Source: Pelagomonas calceolata (lineage: Eukaryota). Taken from it: a stretch of 64,000 nt of DNA. The stretch spans positions 1,116,001 to 1,180,000 of the forward strand of contig CAKKNE010000005.1 in assembly GCA_918797485.1 (NCBI GenBank), given 5' to 3'. Positions within the stretch are counted from its first letter, which is position 1. The number at the start of each line of letters is the position of its first letter. Below the pieces are notes generated by a model. It did not search any database, was not told the DNA's origin, and was given only the letters and a program-made list of their open reading frames with translations. The translations under genes and the position numbers were made by a program. Shown piece by piece: positions 60,256 to 64,000 of the stretch.

Positions 60256-63200
60256 ATGCCTATGGGCCGGCCAGCGCTGCGCTGGCTCGCGCTCGTGGCT
60301 GCTGCCGCTGCGGCGCCAAATGGGGCAGCCTTGCTGGGGCTGGTCGCGGCGGTGCGCGCGCGGACCTGGTCCGCCGCCCCGTTGTTGGAGACGTCGACGC
60401 GCCAGGCGACGACCTGGGTCTTCGGCGAGAACCGCTGGGACGATGAATCTGTATGGACCGACGTCGACGGGCTCGCCGTCTCGATCAAAACCAGCAAACA
60501 CTTCGTGCTGCTCAGTTACCAGGTGGGCCTCGAGGCGTCCTACGACGCGGACGGCGAGCTCTTCATGTGGGAGAAGTTCGATCCTCTCACCGGTGGGACC
60601 GTCACGCAGCGGCGCGTCGGCGCCGGGAGCTTCGTCGAATCCGGTCGAATACAAATGAGGTTTATTGTTGATGGTGTACCTCTAAGAGAAGGTTCGGCCC
60701 ATGTCTCGGCGACGCTGACGAGCAAGGGGCGCTCGAAGCTGGAGCACATCGAGGGGACCGCGGTTCTGCAACCAGGCAACGCCACCAGAGACATTAAAGT
60801 GCAGTGGAAGCCCTCGGGCAAGTTGGTCTGGTCCTCGTCCCCCTCCACCGGAGACGGTTTCATGAGTGGACGGGTCCTCGCGGCGACCGCGCACGATACC
60901 ATGTATGCATCATCACCTCTGACTCCAGCCGCGATCACGCAGAAGGACTGGTTTCCAGTAGAACAGTCGTCTCTGAACATTTCATTGAATGAAACGACGG
61001 CCGTACGTTTTGGGTATGCTCTTACCGTAAGCGCCGCGGCGCCGGGGCCTCAAATGTTAGCATCACCGCTTACTGCTGATGATTATGTGCAAGCGCGATT
61101 AGTGGTTGATAACACGCCGTCGGACGAGTCCGTCGCGACGTTGGGCACGAAGGAACGGGCCGCGTCCGTTGCCGGCGTGTTGGCGCGAGATGTCGTGCTA
61201 GACCTGCCCAAAGGCGCGCACAATGTACGACTCGAGTGGCGGCGCGCGGGCAACTCACCTAGAATGTGGCGCAACGACCCGAACTGTCTAGATGGATTTG
61301 GGAGTTCCCGTCTCCTCTACGCTTCATTAAGTGATTATGGTGTTTACGCTACAAAACACGCCCAGGTCTTGGCCGGTATGCAGTACAAGCGCAAGACGGC
61401 GAAAAGCATTACTGATATAAGGGCCAAATCCAAAAACGAGTGGGCCACCGTTGAAAGTGATACGTTCGTCGTCGAGCAGGACGCGCAAGTACTCCTACGG
61501 TACGCGCTGCCGGTCGCACTGCACAAGTTGAGTAATTGGGACGCGTGGACCTTTGATCAATTGCAGGCCGTGCAGGCGCGGTTACTCGTCGATGGTGTTA
61601 TTTATAGGGAGGATTCATCCTCGGTGGGAGGTTTTCAGAGTTCGGGTCTGCACGATGACTTGCGGGGCGCTCTTGCCTTACCACTCTTAGCAGGAACACA
61701 TTCCTGCACCCTACAATGGAAAAGTGTGGGCGACGAGACCTGGTACTTGGCCTCGAAACATCTGGGCGGCACGGGCAAGGGTGTGATTGACGTGATCGTG
61801 GACTTCCGGCAACAGGCTTCGTTACAAGTGGTACACCAGTCATTCTCGGTCAAGGAGGATACTTCAGTAAACTTAAAAGGTATCAGCGTGCAGGGCGTGT
61901 CCTTCGTGGACAACTACGACGTTTCACTGGAAGTACATGCGTCGTCTGGTGACGTGTCACTACATAACTTTACGGGTCCTACGAAGGAGGCCAACCTTTT
62001 ACTAAAGGAGCTGACGTATACGCCCTGCGCCGAGTGCTGGGGGCGCGACGAGGTTCAACTGGAATTAGTGACGGAGGAAGGTACAGTATTTAACGCCACG
62101 CTATCTATCGAAATCGAGCCCGTCGACGACGTCCCGGAGCTAGAAGCCCCGGACTTACTCGAGGTCGAATCTAGAGTTTCGTTGCGAGGCATCTCCGTTT
62201 CGGATGTGGACAGCGAAGATGAAGCGTACAAGCTGACCTTATTCGCGCTGGGTGGCGTCTTCGAGGGCTGTCGCAACGCCACGGCGACGTCCGTCCTGGA
62301 ATATGAGATGACATTGGACGCGATGAATTTATGTTTACAGGAAAGCTACTACCGGCCGCTCGAAGGCTTCGCCGAGGCCTTCGTCGACAACGTCACTTTG
62401 ACCCTAGAAGACCCCGGTCCGTCGAAGCACCGCCTGACGGAGCATATACAAATCCACGCTGCTGTAGCACAGAGTGGTCCTCGCATCGAGCTGCCGCCCT
62501 ACTACGAGTTGGGGTTGGAGGGCTTTATCGTGGAAGGCGACGATGCGAACACGACTGTCTCATTGACCACCGATGCGCTCGATGCCCTACTACGACTAGA
62601 TAGCCTCGAGCAAGGAGTGTCGATTGATCAAACGGAGCACGGCATCATCCTAAGGGGTTCAGCTAAAGCTATCTCGACGACGCTGCAGTCGCTGACGTAC
62701 GTCCGCGAGCCCTCGTTCGAGGGCAGTGATACGATCACGGCCGTCATAAGAACGAGTAACGCGTCGCGCACGGCGAAAGTAGCCATCGACGTGCGGGGCG
62801 GCGACGCGACGGAATTGTCATTAGTTGATCTCAAGCCTCGGCGGGGCTTCGGGGGCACTCGAGTACGGGTGACAGTGTTGCATGCCGACGAGTTTCCTCT
62901 ACAGTGCCAGTTCGGGGAGCGAGGCGCGGCCAAAGCTCGTAAAGTGGACAACGAGACCTTTGAGTGTGTGGCACCTCAAGGTAGAGCGGGCTACGCTTCT
63001 CTTAGAGTGCACAACAGACGGTTCTGGTCGGACCCTATACAATTTCTGTATGAAGAACCTGTTCGAGTGGTACGAATAACGCCGCCCGTCGGTAGCGTCA
63101 ATACGCCCCTTTTGCTGCATGTTGACAGCGTCATGCCCTCGCCCGACCTAGCTTGCCACTTTGGTGATGTAATTGTAAAGGCGACTAGACTGGATTCCAC

Positions 63201-64000
63201 AACAGTAGCTTGTACGGCGCCGGATCTGAATGGAACTGTGGAGGTCGCAGTGTCGACGAACGGTGTGGATCACGGACCGTCATCGCTCTTCGAGTTTGTG
63301 GACGTGCCCTCGTCACTCACATTGGAACCAGCTTCGGGCGGTCTAGCTCCCCAACTCATTCGCGTGACGACGGATGTTCCATTAAAACGGTTGCCGCACT
63401 TCTGCCGCTTTGGTTTATATGAGACGCCGGCCGCCGTTTTGGATGACTATACGCTAGCCTGCGAGGCACCGAGATCAACAGAGAACCAGGCGGTGCGCGT
63501 CTCCATTGATGGCGGGGCGTCCTACGGCGAGGCTTTTGCAATCTATCGACGCGTCGACAGTGCCATAGCCTGGATCGCGCCAGCAATGGGGTCGCATGGC
63601 ACCCTAGTTACCATAGGGGGCCGCGGCTTCGATGCCTCGACGACGTGTCGCTTCGGTTCTACAGAAGTGGAGGCCGCCGTCGTCTCGGCCGAGGAGCTCG
63701 TATGTCGCGCGCCGGTCGGAAATGGCACCGTTGCGATCGGACTGCTTGTTGACGAGGTCGAGATTTCTTCAAGGCACAGTTACACGTACGTGGAGCCGAC
63801 GCTGCTCGGGTCGCTCTCTCCGAATACGGGGCCGACGACGGGGGGCACTTTGGTCACGATCCACGGCCTGCGCCTGGCCGACGACGCTTCTTGCAACTTT
63901 GGCAACGCGTCGGTGCCGGCGCGCTGGGTCTCCGCCGAGCAGATCGAGTGCGCGGCGCCGCCTCATAAAGAGGGTGTAGTGGACGTGACCGTCGCCGGCG
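60256..64000 (+). CDS. Large secreted/surface protein with cadherin-like and IPT/TIG repeats; 3'-partial
   Basis: ATG at 60256 with signal peptide; same frame reads sensibly to the window end; LTYTP..EPVDDVP; LSPNTGPTTGGTLVTIHG..CNFG..IECAAP. Confidence 0.85.
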   Translation, partial: MPMGRPALRWLALVAAAAAAPNGAALLGLVAAVRARTWSAAPLLETSTRQATTWVFGENRWDDESVWTDVDGLAVSIKTSKHFVLLSYQVGLEASYDADGELFMWEKFDPLTGGTVTQRRVGAGSFVESGRIQMRFIVDGVPLREGSAHVSATLTSKGRSKLEHIEGTAVLQPGNATRDIKVQWKPSGKLVWSSSPSTGDGFMSGRVLAATAHDTMYASSPLTPAAITQKDWFPVEQSSLNISLNETTAVRFGYALTVSAAAPGPQMLASPLTADDYVQARLVVDNTPSDESVATLGTKERAASVAGVLARDVVLDLPKGAHNVRLEWRRAGNSPRMWRNDPNCLDGFGSSRLLYASLSDYGVYATKHAQVLAGMQYKRKTAKSITDIRAKSKNEWATVESDTFVVEQDAQVLLRYALPVALHKLSNWDAWTFDQLQAVQARLLVDGVIYREDSSSVGGFQSSGLHDDLRGALALPLLAGTHSCTLQWKSVGDETWYLASKHLGGTGKGVIDVIVDFRQQASLQVVHQSFSVKEDTSVNLKGISVQGVSFVDNYDVSLEVHASSGDVSLHNFTGPTKEANLLLKELTYTPCAECWGRDEVQLELVTEEGTVFNATLSIEIEPVDDVPELEAPDLLEVESRVSLRGISVSDVDSEDEAYKLTLFALGGVFEGCRNATATSVLEYEMTLDAMNLCLQESYYRPLEGFAEAFVDNVTLTLEDPGPSKHRLTEHIQIHAAVAQSGPRIELPPYYELGLEGFIVEGDDANTTVSLTTDALDALLRLDSLEQGVSIDQTEHGIILRGSAKAISTTLQSLTYVREPSFEGSDTITAVIRTSNASRTAKVAIDVRGGDATELSLVDLKPRRGFGGTRVRVTVLHADEFPLQCQFGERGAAKARKVDNETFECVAPQGRAGYASLRVHNRRFWSDPIQFLYEEPVRVVRITPPVGSVNTPLLLHVDSVMPSPDLACHFGDVIVKATRLDSTTVACTAPDLNGTVEVAVSTNGVDHGPSSLFEFVDVPSSLTLEPASGGLAPQLIRVTTDVPLKRLPHFCRFGLYETPAAVLDDYTLACEAPRSTENQAVRVSIDGGASYGEAFAIYRRVDSAIAWIAPAMGSHGTLVTIGGRGFDASTTCRFGSTEVEAAVVSAEELVCRAPVGNGTVAIGLLVDEVEISSRHSYTYVEPTLLGSLSPNTGPTTGGTLVTIHGLRLADDASCNFGNASVPARWVSAEQIECAAPPHKEGVVDVTVAG

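Overview
GC-rich, very gene-dense eukaryotic DNA. The intron style and gene families point to a pelagophyte alga (Pelagomonas/Aureococcus-like); this is an inference. About 30 protein-coding genes are present, mostly in divergent or convergent pairs. They include a TPR+J-domain co-chaperone, LMW-PTP, TAPT1, a 4-repeat Myb, a multi-histone-fold protein, a TrmB-like methyltransferase, Kelch, GST, aldose 1-epimerase, SPCS1, the cohesin loader Scc2/NIPBL, a Rix1/PELP1-like protein, ankyrin and MYND families, a C-type lectin, and an IPT/TIG surface protein that runs off the 3' end. No rRNA, tRNA, CRISPR or transposase is visible. Main observations: (1) a CTAG-N12-18(GTAAGACA)-CTAG motif occurs 15 times, always upstream of gene starts; (2) transposon-derived introns (introners) with TIR and 8-bp TSD, plus a CGCCATCGACGC motif shared among introns; (3) a 2531-aa mosaic ORF joining chromatin modules to a GREB1/TAGT-like glycosyltransferase fold; (4) a 263-bp inverted repeat enclosing two gene 5' halves fused tail to tail; (5) Scc2 carries a shugoshin-like motif and AT-hooks. 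All domain calls are motif recognition by eye, not database searches.
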